Shown one piece after another: positions 1 to 8,753 of a DNA stretch of 17,143 nucleotides. The stretch covers positions 1-17,143 of the forward strand of contig NW_021825503.1 of NCBI RefSeq assembly GCF_006345805.1, in the 5' to 3' direction. Positions within the stretch are counted from its first letter, which is position 1; each line of letters opens with the position of its first letter. This DNA is from Octopus sinensis. Its lineage: Eukaryota. Position numbers and translations under genes: made by a program. A model generated the notes under the pieces. The model made no database searches, had not been told where the DNA came from, and was given only the letters and a program-made list of their open reading frames with translations.

Positions 1-418
1 CCTCTCTGTGTTTGCCCCTTGTGGGTAGTAAAGAAAAGGTATTTCGTCTACTGTTACGTTCTGAGTTCAAATTCGGCCGAGTTCGACTTGCCATTCATCC
101 TTCGGGGTCGATAGATTAAGTACCAGTTACGCACTGGCGGTCGATGTAATCGACTTAATCCCTTTGGACTGTCCTTGTTTGTCCCCTCTATGTTAGCCCC
201 TTGTGGGCAATAAAAAAATAAGAAGCGTTAGTACGCGGGCAAAATGCTTAGTGTATTTCGTTGTCTTTATGTTTTGAGTTCAAATTCCGCCGAATTCGAC
301 ATTGCCTTCATTCTTTCGGGGTCAATAAATTAATTACCAGTTGCGTACTGCAGTCGATTTAATCGACGGCCCCCACCCGCCAAAATTTCGAGCCTGTGCA
401 TAGAGTAGAAAAAGAATA
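1..418 (+). mobile_element. SINE family A, multimeric composite copy (5' part outside window)
   Basis: Tandem units share the core ttctgagttcaaattc (B-box-like) ... catccttcggggtcgata.attaagtaccagtt. Internal units end in tail X (gccccttgtggg.a.taaagaaa). The last unit ends in tail Y (aaaatttcgagcctgtgcatagagtagaaaaagaata). Family is repeated many times in the window. Confidence 0.85.
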
Positions 419-429
419 TTTTTTGGAAT

Positions 430-865
430 TAAGGCGGCGAGCTGGCAGAAGCGTTGGCACGCTGGGCGAAATGCTTGGCGGTATTTCGTCTGCCGTTACG
501 TTTTGAGTTCAAATTCCACCCAGGTCATCTTTGCCATTCATCCTTTCGGGATCGATAAATTAAGTACCAGTTACGCACTGGGATCGATGTTATCGACTTA
601 AACCTTTTGTCTGTCCTTGTTTGTCCCCTCTATGTTTAGCCCCTTGTGGGCAATAAAGAAAGAAGAAATGTAAGCGCGCCAGGCGAAATGCTTAGCGCTA
701 TTTAGTTATTCTGTACTTTCTGAGTTCGAATTACGCTGAACTCGACTTTGTGTTTTACCCTTTCGGGGTCGATAAACTGAGTACCAGTTGCGTACTGGGG
801 TCGATTTAACCATCCGGCCCCCACCCCAAAAATTTCCGGCCCTGTCCCTAGAGTAGAAAAGAATA
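430..865 (+). mobile_element. SINE family A, full dimeric copy (head + core/tail X + core/tail Y)
   Basis: Starts with taaggcggcgagctggcagaag (A-box-like head). gagttcaaattcc B-box-like motif at ~506. Second unit starts ~666 and ends ctagagtagaaaagaata. Same head is seen at 16482 (+) and 2248 (-). Confidence 0.88.
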
Positions 866-987
866 TATTTTTAGACTTAAATTCCAATGAAACTATATAT
901 TTTGTTACTCTTGATATCTATTTAAACCTCAAAACTATTTTCAATATCCGTATCTATTTGTGTCCTTGTTTATTTGTTTTCTTTCAG

Positions 988-1195
988 GTTAACCTTGCAA
1001 GTAAATAATTACAGTCACGAGAAGGAAACAAATATACTCAGCTCTATTCCTTCTCATACCTCTGTGTTAGATCCAATGTATTGTCATTGCATACGCTTGT
1101 TTTCTTTGCTAACTTTCAAAGGCCGTTGACCTCGTTTAGTACTGTATTACATCACATACTTATTGACCAATAAATATCAAGTGTCAAGTAACCGT
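988..1195 (+). other. Candidate 3'-terminal exon (short coding tail VNLASK* then 3'UTR)
   Basis: Strong acceptor tgtccttgtttatttgttttctttcag|G (AG at 986-987). Non-repetitive sequence follows. AATAAA at 1169-1174 and a GT/T-rich tract at ~1242-1280. No homology evidence. Confidence 0.25.
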
Positions 1196-1347
1196 GGACT
1201 TGCGATAAGCAAAAAAAACTCACACTGCCTTCTTTGTCGGATTTATGTGGTTGTGTTTTATTTTCTGTTTTTGCTTTTTAATTCAAAAGATCTTCCATTG
1301 TCCTTTTAGAGAAAGCTTCTACATAGTCACGCCCTCTGTTAGAAATA

Positions 1348-1740
1348 TACTCTTTTACTCTTTTACTTGTTTCAGTCATTTGACTGTGGCCATGCTGGAC
1401 CACCACCTTTAGTCGAGAAAATCGACCCCAGGACTTACTCTTTGTAAGCCTAGTACTTATTCTATCGCTAACTTACGGGGACCTAAACACACCACCATCG
1501 GTTGTCAAGCGATGTTGGGGGAACAAACACAGACACACAAACGTATACACACACATACATATATACACATATATACGACGGACTTCTCTCAGTTTCCGTC
1601 TACCAAATCCACTCACAAGGCTTTGGTTGGCCCGAGGCTATAGTAGAAGACACTTGTCCAAGATGCCACACAGTGGGACTGAACCCGGAATCATGTGGTT
1701 AGTAAGCAAGCTACTTACCACACAGCCACTCCTACGCCTA
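1348..1740 (-). mobile_element. SINE family B, full-length copy (tRNA-like head, internal TA/TG microsatellite, (taaaagag)n tail)
   Basis: Minus strand reads ggcgtaggagtggctgtgtggtaag (A-box-like), gggttcagtccc (B-box-like), cttggacaagtgtcttc, then microsatellite, then gactgaaacaagtaaaagagtaaaagagta. Homologous to 4445-4915, 8234-8602 and 10146-10472. Resembles octopus tRNA-derived SINEs (OK/OR group); exact family not assigned. Confidence 0.88.
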
Positions 1741-2057
1741 TGCACAAAATTCCCTCAAGGTACATTTTGCTCTGTCATAAAAAGAACATCCGAATTATGT
1801 ATTATGATTTTCCTAAAAAGAAGGTGAGATGACCATTTGTTCATTTTTTTTAAAAATCTCAAATCACGCCATATCGCCTTAGAAAAGGGGAGGCATTGCG
1901 TAACATCCTGAAATCAACGTGATCGTCACGACGGGAAAGCCTGTTACCATAATTGAATTCATTCGGGGCTGACATGGGATAAAACAATAACAAAACATCA
2001 GATTTATTAGATTTTCTGTGCGCAATTCCTGGCTCTGTAAAATTGTTTTATATACGC

Positions 2058-2248
2058 GTTTAAATTTTGGCACATGGCCAGCAATTTCGTAGGAGTTGGG
2101 TAAGTCAATGCATCGACCCCAGTACTCAACTGGTTCGTATTTTATCGACCCTGAAAGGATGAATTTGAACTCAGAACATAAATATAAATAAAATACCGCT
2201 TAGCATTTTGATCGGCATGCTTACGATTCGTTTAGCTTCGCCGCCTTA
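2058..2248 (-). mobile_element. SINE family A, monomeric diverged copy with small internal deletion
   Basis: Reverse complement contains the taaggcggcgaagc head, ttctgagttcaaattc, atcctttcagggtcgataaa and a tail-Y-like end. Confidence 0.8.
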
Positions 2249-2261
2249 GAATTTTCTATGT

Positions 2262-2329
2262 ATTGGTTTCAAATTTTGGCACAAGGCCAGTAGTTTTGGG
2301 GAAGGGGGTAAGTCGATGTATCGACCCCA
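2262..2329 (-). mobile_element. SINE family A 3' fragment
   Basis: aaattttggcacaaggccag...taagtcgatgtatcgacccca closely matches 2062-2121. Confidence 0.7.
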
Positions 2330-2510
2330 TCGCTTGACAACCGATGCTGGTGTGTTTATGTCATCGTAACTTAGCGGCTCGAGAAAAGAGACCGATAGAA
2401 TAAGTACTAGGCTTACAAAGAATAAGTCCTGGGGTAGATTCGCTCGACTAAAGGCGATGCTCCAGCATGGCCGCAGTCAGATGACTGAAACAAGTAAGAG
2501 AGTAAAGAGT
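2327..2510 (+). mobile_element. SINE family B 3' half
   Basis: ccatcgcttgacaaccgatgctgg...aagaataagtcctgggg...ccagcatggccgcagtc...gaaacaagtaagagagtaaagagt matches the 3' half of 8234-8602. Confidence 0.85.
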
Positions 2511-2862
2511 GGCAGAATCATTGGCGCCTCAGGCACCGTGATTAACGCCATTAATTTTGGCCCTTTACTTTCTGTTCTCAAATCCCGACGAGGTCAACTT
2601 GGCCTTTCATCCCTTTCTGGGTCGATAAAAGTAAGGGCCAGTCAAGTCCTAACATCAATGTAATAGATGTAACCCCTTCCCTATAAAATTGATGGTTTTG
2701 CGCCAAGACTTGCTATCATTCTGAGTACAAACTCCGCTGAGGTTGACTTTGCCTTTCATCCTTTCGGGGTCGATAAATTAAGTACCAGTTGCGTACTGGG
2801 TCGATGTACTCGACCAGTTCACTCCGCTGAGATTTCAGGCTTTGTACTTTAGCAGAAAGGGT
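2510..2862 (+). mobile_element. Two SINE family A units: an old diverged copy (2510-~2712) and a partial copy (~2719-2862)
   Basis: gaggtcaacttggcctttcatccctttctgggtcgataaa and gaggttgactttgcctttcatcctttcggggtcgataaattaagtaccagttgcgtactggg cores. Confidence 0.75.
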
Positions 2863-2886
2863 TTTTTATTATTTGTAATACAGGCC

Positions 2887-2946
<60 letters not shown>

Positions 2947-3033
2947 AAAGAAGAAGAAGAAGAAGAAGGAAGAAGAAGAAGAAGAAGAAGAAGTAGGGTG
3001 TTGTGCTGATCTAATGATATTAACAACGATACA

Positions 3034-3064
<31 letters not shown>

Positions 3065-3410
3065 GGAAGAGGAGGAGGAGGAGGAGGTGGAGAATGACGA
3101 CGGATACGATGATAATAACGGCGATGTTGATAATGATAATGATGGCGATGATGATGATGAGGCTGACGACAACGGCGACGATGATCGCGATTATGATAAT
3201 GACGGCAACAACGACAGTGTTGATGATGATGATGACGATGATGTTGATGATGATGATGATGACGGCGACAACGACAGTGTTGATGATGATGATGATGATG
3301 ATGATGATGACGACGACGATGATGATGATGATGATGATGATGGTGATGATGGTGATCAAAAGCGAAGAAATAAGAGATGACGGCAGCTACAATAACAAGA
3401 AGAAGACTGT
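2887..3410 (+). repeat. Compound trinucleotide microsatellite: (GTA)n 2887-2946, (GAA)n ~2950-2992, then (GAT)n/(GAG)n/(GAC)n to ~3360
   Basis: Directly visible. Includes a repeated gacggc.acaacgacagtgttgatgatg subunit at ~3201 and ~3261. Confidence 0.95.
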
Positions 3411-3644
3411 TAACAAGATTAAAGATCACTCAGCAGCTACACGCGACCTCTCTGACACCCGGGGTAGATTTATTTCAAATTCTCGTCAGTTTTACCCCCC
3501 GAGAGGAAATGAAGTAAGACTGATGCTTTCTGTATAGCTAACCATATTCTTCAATGCGGCATTGTGTTCCACTTGGTTTTTATATTTATTATTGATATAA
3601 GGGGTATTATTTGAGCTGTGGTTGTAACGTTGCAGCTGCTTGGC

Positions 3645-3645
3645 C

Positions 3646-3686
<41 letters not shown>
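3645..3686 (+). repeat. (TTG)n microsatellite
   Basis: Directly visible perfect run. Confidence 0.95.
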
Positions 3687-3687
<1 letters not shown>

Positions 3688-3881
3688 GTCGTGGCTAGTA
3701 GATATGTATCTAAAAATTCTGTACACTCAAGTACCTCACAAAAATTGGCGCATCTAGTAAACACATAACCTGTTAGCTAATACATGTGCCATAATTATAT
3801 ATGCGAGTGTATATGTATCTACATATATATATGTGTGTATGTATATATATATATGTGTGTGTGTGTGTGGTGTGTGTATGT

Positions 3882-4176
3882 GGAGGCGCAATGGCCCAGT
3901 GGTTAGGGCAGCGGACTCGCGGTCGGAGGATCGCGGCTTCGATTCCCAGACCGGGCGTTGTGTGTGTTTATTGAGAGAAAACGCCTAAAAGCTCCACGAG
4001 GCTTCGTCAGGGTGTGGGTGGGGGTGGTAGTGACCCCTGTTGTACTCTTTCGCCACAACTTTCTCTCACACTCTCTCTTCCTGTTTCTTGAGGAAAGCCA
4101 CGATGGAGTGACGTCCCGTCTAGCTAGGGGGTACCCATACGCCACAGAAACCGGGAAACCGAGCCCATGAGCTTGG
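3882..4176 (+). mobile_element. tRNA-derived SINE family C
   Basis: Head ggaggcgcaaTGGCCCAGTGGttaggg (A box 3892-3902) and ggcttcgattccc (B-box-like, 3935-3947). 3' region gatggagtgacgtcccgtctagct...catacgccacagaaaccgggaaaccgagcccatgagc is shared with the element at 11945-12183. Confidence 0.85.
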
Positions 4177-4178
4177 TA

Positions 4179-4194
4179 GTGATAATGATGATGG

Positions 4195-4242
<48 letters not shown>

Positions 4243-4312
4243 CGACGACGACAACGACGATGATGATCGCGATTTTGATAATGACGGCAACGACGAGTGT
4301 TCATGATGATGA
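4179..4312 (+). repeat. (GAT)n/(GAC)n microsatellite with a motif related to 3166-3232
   Basis: Directly visible. Confidence 0.9.
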
Positions 4313-4345
4313 AAAGGGTGACGTTATGAATTTAAATACACATAT

Positions 4346-4353
<8 letters not shown>

Positions 4354-4428
<75 letters not shown>
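4354..4428. repeat. (TA)n microsatellite
   Basis: Directly visible perfect run. Confidence 0.95.
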
Positions 4429-4429
<1 letters not shown>

Positions 4430-4444
4430 GTATGGATATGTGCT

Positions 4445-4642
4445 TTGTAGGCAGAAACTAGCATCCCAACCACATGGTCTGGGTTCAGTCCACTGCGTGG
4501 CACCTTGGGCAAATGTCTTCTACTGTGGCCTCGGGCTCCGACCAAAGCCTTGTGAGTGGATTGGTAGACGGAAACTGAAAGAAGCTCGTCGTATATATGA
4601 ATATGTAATATATGGATGTGTGTGTGTCTGTATATATATATG

Positions 4643-4675
<33 letters not shown>

Positions 4676-4915
4676 CAGACACATATAAATATATGCGCAT
4701 ATGTATATATGTATGTGTGTGCATTTGTCTCCCCATCACCACTTGGCAACCGGTGCTGGTGCGTTCACGTCCCTGTAACTTAGTGGTTCATCAAAAGAGT
4801 CCGATATAATAAGTTCTCAGCTTTGAAAAATGTCCTGGGGTCGATTTGTTCGACTATGACCCTTCAAGGCGGTGTTCCAGCATGGCCGCAGTCAAATGAC
4901 CGAAACAAGCACAAG
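4445..4915 (+). mobile_element. SINE family B copy with expanded internal TA/TG microsatellite
   Basis: aaccacatggtctgggttcagtcc, caccttgggcaaatgtcttc, ggtagacggaaactgaaagaagc, microsatellite at ~4592-4720, ccagcatggccgcagtcaaatgac. Confidence 0.85.
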
Positions 4916-4919
4916 AATG

Positions 4920-4959
4920 CACACATACACACACACACACACACACACGCACACACACA

Positions 4960-5005
<46 letters not shown>
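4920..5005. repeat. (CA)n-(TA)n compound microsatellite
   Basis: Directly visible. Confidence 0.95.
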
Positions 5006-5006
<1 letters not shown>

Positions 5007-5192
5007 TTGAAATTTACAGAAGAACAAAAGATGAAGATAGATGTATAAACAGCAAGCAGGTGTATTAGTTTGACGCTCGGGAAAGTGAGAAAGTCTTTTA
5101 CGTTTCGAGCCTACGCTCTTCAACGGAAAGGAACGCGAGGAAATAAACAAAGAGAGAATAAAAAAAGAAACTCGTGGATTTAGCGATCAATC
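5004..5192 (-). mobile_element. Hammerhead-motif-containing dispersed element, copy 1 (Penelope-like terminal repeat / retrozyme-like)
   Basis: Homologous to 15581-15772. A 30-nt block (5092-5121) is identical between the copies. Both end in a (TA)n tract. Confidence 0.65.
5095..5130 (-). ncRNA. Minimal type I hammerhead-ribozyme-like motif (variant core)
   Basis: Minus strand reads CUUU-CCGUUGA-A-GAGC(GUAG)GCUC-GAA-ACGU-A-AAAG. Stem I is CUUU/AAAG, stem II is GAGC/GCUC, helix III is palindromic ACGU, putative cleavage after GUA. Core differs from CUGANGA at two positions. Confidence 0.5.
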
Positions 5193-5194
5193 AT

Positions 5195-5398
5195 GTTTGT
5201 GCGTCTGTGTTTGTCCCCACTTCACCATCGCCTGACGACCGATGTTGGTGTGTCCACGTCCCGTAAAATAGTGGTTCGACGAAGGAGACCGATAGAATAA
5301 GTACTAGGTTTACAAAGAGTGAGTCCTGGGGTCGATTTGTTCGGCTAAAGGCGATGCTCCAGCATGGCCGCAGCCATGTGACTGAAACATGTAAAAGA
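5195..5398 (+). mobile_element. SINE family B 3' half
   Basis: gtctgtgtttgtcccc...gagaccgatagaataagtactagg...ccagcatggccgcag...gactgaaacatgtaaaaga. Confidence 0.85.
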
Positions 5399-5582
5399 AT
5401 CTTTTCTGAAATATGGTGGGAATTGAACTGGGAACGAACATGCAGGTAGCTAAGCATGGTACGGTATTTCGTTCGACCTTTGACCGCTGCTGGCAATATA
5501 CTCTGGAGAGCAGAGAACAATATCTGCGTTTAATAAAATATAACTATTATTGGGAATAGAATTAAAAGAAGCAAAGTTAAAG

Positions 5583-5663
5583 ACAAACAAACAAACAAAC
5601 AAGAAAGTGACTTTCTGGTTATAGATTGATTCTCTGTCTTGGAATATTGACAATAAATAAATA

Positions 5664-5694
<31 letters not shown>

Positions 5695-5950
5695 GAAGTC
5701 AAACAGAAATTTGTTAAAACAAAAACAAGCAAAAACATCAAATTGAAAAAAAAAAAGATGAAGACAAACAACTTGAAAAAAGGAAACGGACAAAAAAATT
5801 CTTGGAAACTTCATTTCTGTTATTTGTTGTTATTGCTGTTGTTTGTTGTTGTTGCTGTTGTTTGTTGTTGTTGTTGTTGTTGTTGCTCAGCAGCATTGTC
5901 ATCATCATCATCGTCTTCTTCGTCTTCTTCTTTTTCTTCTTCTTCTTTCA
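5583..5950. repeat. Low-complexity tracts: (ACAA)n, (AAAT)n/(AAAG)n, (TTG)n, (TCA)n/(TCT)n
   Basis: Directly visible simple repeats. Confidence 0.85.
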
Positions 5951-6073
5951 CTTTTCTTATTATGGTTACACGGACCACTCACACACAAAAAAAAAAAGGA
6001 ATAGAAATAAATTTAAAAATCTGGTCACAGAGAGATACACAAACATTTATAATACGCTGGGTATAGCTATATG

Positions 6074-6112
6074 TGTATGTATGTATGTATGTATGTATGT
6101 ATGTATGTATGT
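6074..6112. repeat. (TATG)n microsatellite
   Basis: Directly visible. Confidence 0.9.
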
Positions 6113-6365
6113 ACACATGCGTGTATATGTATGTGCATGTACATAAGAGTATCTTGGTGTGTGTGTGTGTTTGTGGATATCATATTTAAGTTACACACAC
6201 AGGTACTCACACACGTACCCAAACACACAGGCAGAAACGGATAAGATAAATGTGTAGTTACACAGGTAGATAAAGATAAATCTATATAAATACACACATA
6301 CAAACACACGCACATACATAGATATACACCCATTGTATATATATATATACACACACATATACTGC

Positions 6366-6740
6366 ATACACACACACACACACACACACACCATATATAT
6401 ATATATCTATACACAAACACATTATATATATCTCCATATATATTATGTATAAATATCTATACATATAGGTATGTTGACGTATGTGTATATATTTCTACAT
6501 ACGTATATAGATATTCTGTGAGAGAGAGGGAGAGAGAGAGAGAGAGAGGGAATACTCACACACACACATACACACATATATGTATATATATATATATATC
6601 TATACACAAACACATTATATATATCTCCATATATATTATGTATAAATATCTACACATATAGGTATGTCGACGTATGTGTATATATTTCTGCATACGTATA
6701 TAGATATTCTGTGAGTGAGAGAGAGAGAGAGAGAGAGGGA
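6366..6740 (+). repeat. Two-copy tandem duplication, period 193 bp, bounded by (CA)n and (GA)n
   Basis: tctatacacaaacacattatatatatctccat...gatattctgtgag occurs at 6406-6522 and 6599-6715 with few substitutions. Confidence 0.9.
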
Positions 6741-7203
6741 AACGCAGAGAGATTGACAATTCTGGCAACAAGCAAGACCTCGTTAACACGCATCAAGGCA
6801 TCCTGTCTAGTTGGTTCCAGTTTGCTGCTTGCAACGAAACACCTCACTTCCTGTTAGGTCACTTATTCGATTGAAAATGTTCTCAAGAATTCCGACATGT
6901 TTTTTTTTTTTTTGTGGGGTGGTGGTATGCCGGGTTGGAGAAAAAAATATGTTTTGTATTTATTTTCTACTGCTTCTTCGTGTTTATTCTCCTCTATTTT
7001 CTACTATCGCTGTGTTGTTGTGTTGTTGTTGTTGTTGATGTAATGGTGAGTGGTTAGAGGCATGATGGTTGAAGAGGTTTCCCTTTATTTAAATTTATAA
7101 TAGAAAAATTCTGTCTTTCAAGTTTACTTCAAACCCTTATATTCCGGTTGCATTGCGTTAGGTTTATCCTAGGTGTTGCACACTAATGCAAATATGTACG
7201 AAT

Positions 7204-7244
7204 TATATATATATATATATTATATATAATATATATATATATAT

Positions 7245-7295
<51 letters not shown>

Positions 7296-7306
7296 ATTAT
7301 ATATAT
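7204..7306. repeat. Interrupted (TA)n microsatellite
   Basis: Directly visible. Confidence 0.9.
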
Positions 7307-7339
7307 GTACGTGCATGTATTCATAGAAGCGTGTATGTT

Positions 7340-7442
7340 GGTCATAAGTTCAATCTCAATGCGTGACGCATTCATCAAGTGTTCTCTACCATAGCCTTAG
7401 GTAGGTAGGCCAAGGTCTTGGAGTTGAAGTTTGGCAGACGTA
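7340..7442 (+). mobile_element. Highly diverged SINE family B 5' fragment
   Basis: aagttcaatctcaatgcgtg...caagtgttctctaccatagcct...ccaaggtcttggagttgaagtttggcagacg aligns loosely with the family B head. Confidence 0.5.
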
Positions 7443-7676
7443 CACTATATGCAAGCACATCGGTGAAACAGTTTATTTGCTGAGAGAGAGAGTAGATTTG
7501 TTTTTCTTCAGTCGGTTTCGTAGGAAACCCCGGCTCTTTGTTGGGGGGCTGTCTTTAAGGCAGGCCACTTTGTTGCACGTATTCGAGCCTGGTCTCCTAC
7601 ACGTTTCTGGGGTCCTGTTGAAAGTCATAAGCAGCGTACTTCCCCCTCTGTTATAGTAATAGAAACATATCTATCT

Positions 7677-8130
7677 ATTCTTTTCTACTCTAGGCACAAA
7701 GCCCGAAATTTTGGGGAACGGAGCCAGTCGATTAGATCGACCCCAGTACGCAACTGGTACTTAATTTATTGATCCCGAAATGATGAAAGGCAAAGTCGAC
7801 CGCGGTGGAATTTGAACTCAGGACATAAAGACAGACACAAAATCTATTTCTTTACTACCAACAAGGGGCTAAACACAGAGAGGACAAACAAGGACAGACA
7901 AACGGATTAAGTCGATTATATCGCCCCCAGTGGGTAACTGGTACTTATTTAATCGACCCCGAAAGGATGAAAGGCAAAGTCAACCTCGGCTGAATTCGAA
8001 CTCAGAATGTAACAGCAGACGAAATACCTATTTCTTTACTACCCACAAGGGGCTAAACACAGAGGTGACAAACAAGGACAGGCAAACGGATTAAGTACGC
8101 AACTGCTACCTAATTTATCGACCCCGAAAG
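7677..8130 (-). mobile_element. SINE family A, trimeric composite (5'-truncated)
   Basis: Tail Y (tattcttttctactctaggcac) at 7677. Tail X (tatttctttactac.cacaaggggctaaacac) at ~7845 and ~8029. Repeated cgaccccgaaaggatgaaaggcaaagtc cores. Confidence 0.88.
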
Positions 8131-8233
8131 GCATCTTGGGTACCTTCAGTCACACACACACACACACACGCACGCACATACACACACACATCCACACAAA
8201 CACATACATATGTATGCGCATGATATACATGTC

Positions 8234-8602
8234 TGGTAAGAAGCTTGTTTCTCAACCACATGGTTCCGGGTTCAGTCCCACTGCATTGCACCTTGGGCAT
8301 GTGTCTTCTGCTATACCCACGGGCCGACCAAAGTCTTATGAGTGGATTTGGTAGACGGAAACTGATAGAAGCCCGTCGTATATATATATGTGTGTCTGTC
8401 TGTCTGTCTGTGCTTGTCTTCTCCACCATCGCTTGACAACCGATGTTGGTGTATTTTCGTCCACATAACTTAGCGGTTCGGCAAAAGAGACCGATAGGAT
8501 AATTACCTGGCTTACAAAGAATAAGTCCTGGGTTCAAGTTGTTCGACTAAAGGCGGTGCTCCAGCATGGCCGCAGTTAAATGACTGAAATAAGTAAAAGA
8601 AT
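8234..8602 (+). mobile_element. SINE family B, near full-length copy
   Basis: tggtaagaagcttg...ggttccgggttcagtcccactgc...caccttgggc...ccagcatggccgcag...gactgaaataagtaaaaga. Confidence 0.88.
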
Positions 8603-8722
8603 ATATATATACACGACAGGCTTCTTTCAATTTCCGTCTATCAAATTGGCTTCGCAGAGTGAGATTGAACCTGAAACCACATGGTAGCAAAGCAAGCTTT
8701 TTATCCACCATTCCACACCAGC
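8603..8722 (-). mobile_element. SINE family B 5' fragment with internal deletion, inverted relative to the adjacent copy
   Basis: Reverse complement: tggataaaaagcttgctttgctaccatgtggtttcaggttcaatctcac...tgatagacggaaattgaaagaagcctgtcgtg. Confidence 0.7.
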
Positions 8723-8753
8723 ATCTATATTTATGTAACCTCGAAATAAAATA

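Noticed and set aside
1-865. CRISPR-like array of palindromic repeats
   Set aside because: Units are ~190-230 bp with homologous rather than unique spacers, are dispersed on both strands, and lie in a eukaryotic context with no cas genes.
3447-3506. Stem-loop cctctc..ggggtag / ttacccc..gagagg
   Set aside because: Two short 6-7 bp helices with bulges, which is expected by chance.
2835-3537. Long overlapping ORFs (poly-Ile, poly-His, poly-Met, poly-Asp; 97-186 aa)
   Set aside because: They are stop-free readings of trinucleotide microsatellites in several frames at once. There is no domain, splice or codon evidence.
3882-3955. Possible tRNA gene (also 12110-12183, minus)
   Set aside because: A and B boxes are present, but there is no proper acceptor stem or cloverleaf and the sequence runs into a SINE body and tail. 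It is a tRNA-derived SINE head.
4167-5150. ORFs rich in YI/CV/HT dipeptides (also 6067-6789, 13192-13986, 16165-16660)
   Set aside because: Translations of (TA)n, (TG)n, (CA)n and (TATG)n repeats and of SINE bodies.
7520-7650. HDV-like ribozyme (ctcctac loop, short P4-like hairpin followed by cgta)
   Set aside because: P2 and a full P1/P3 could not be formed in the required nested double-pseudoknot order.
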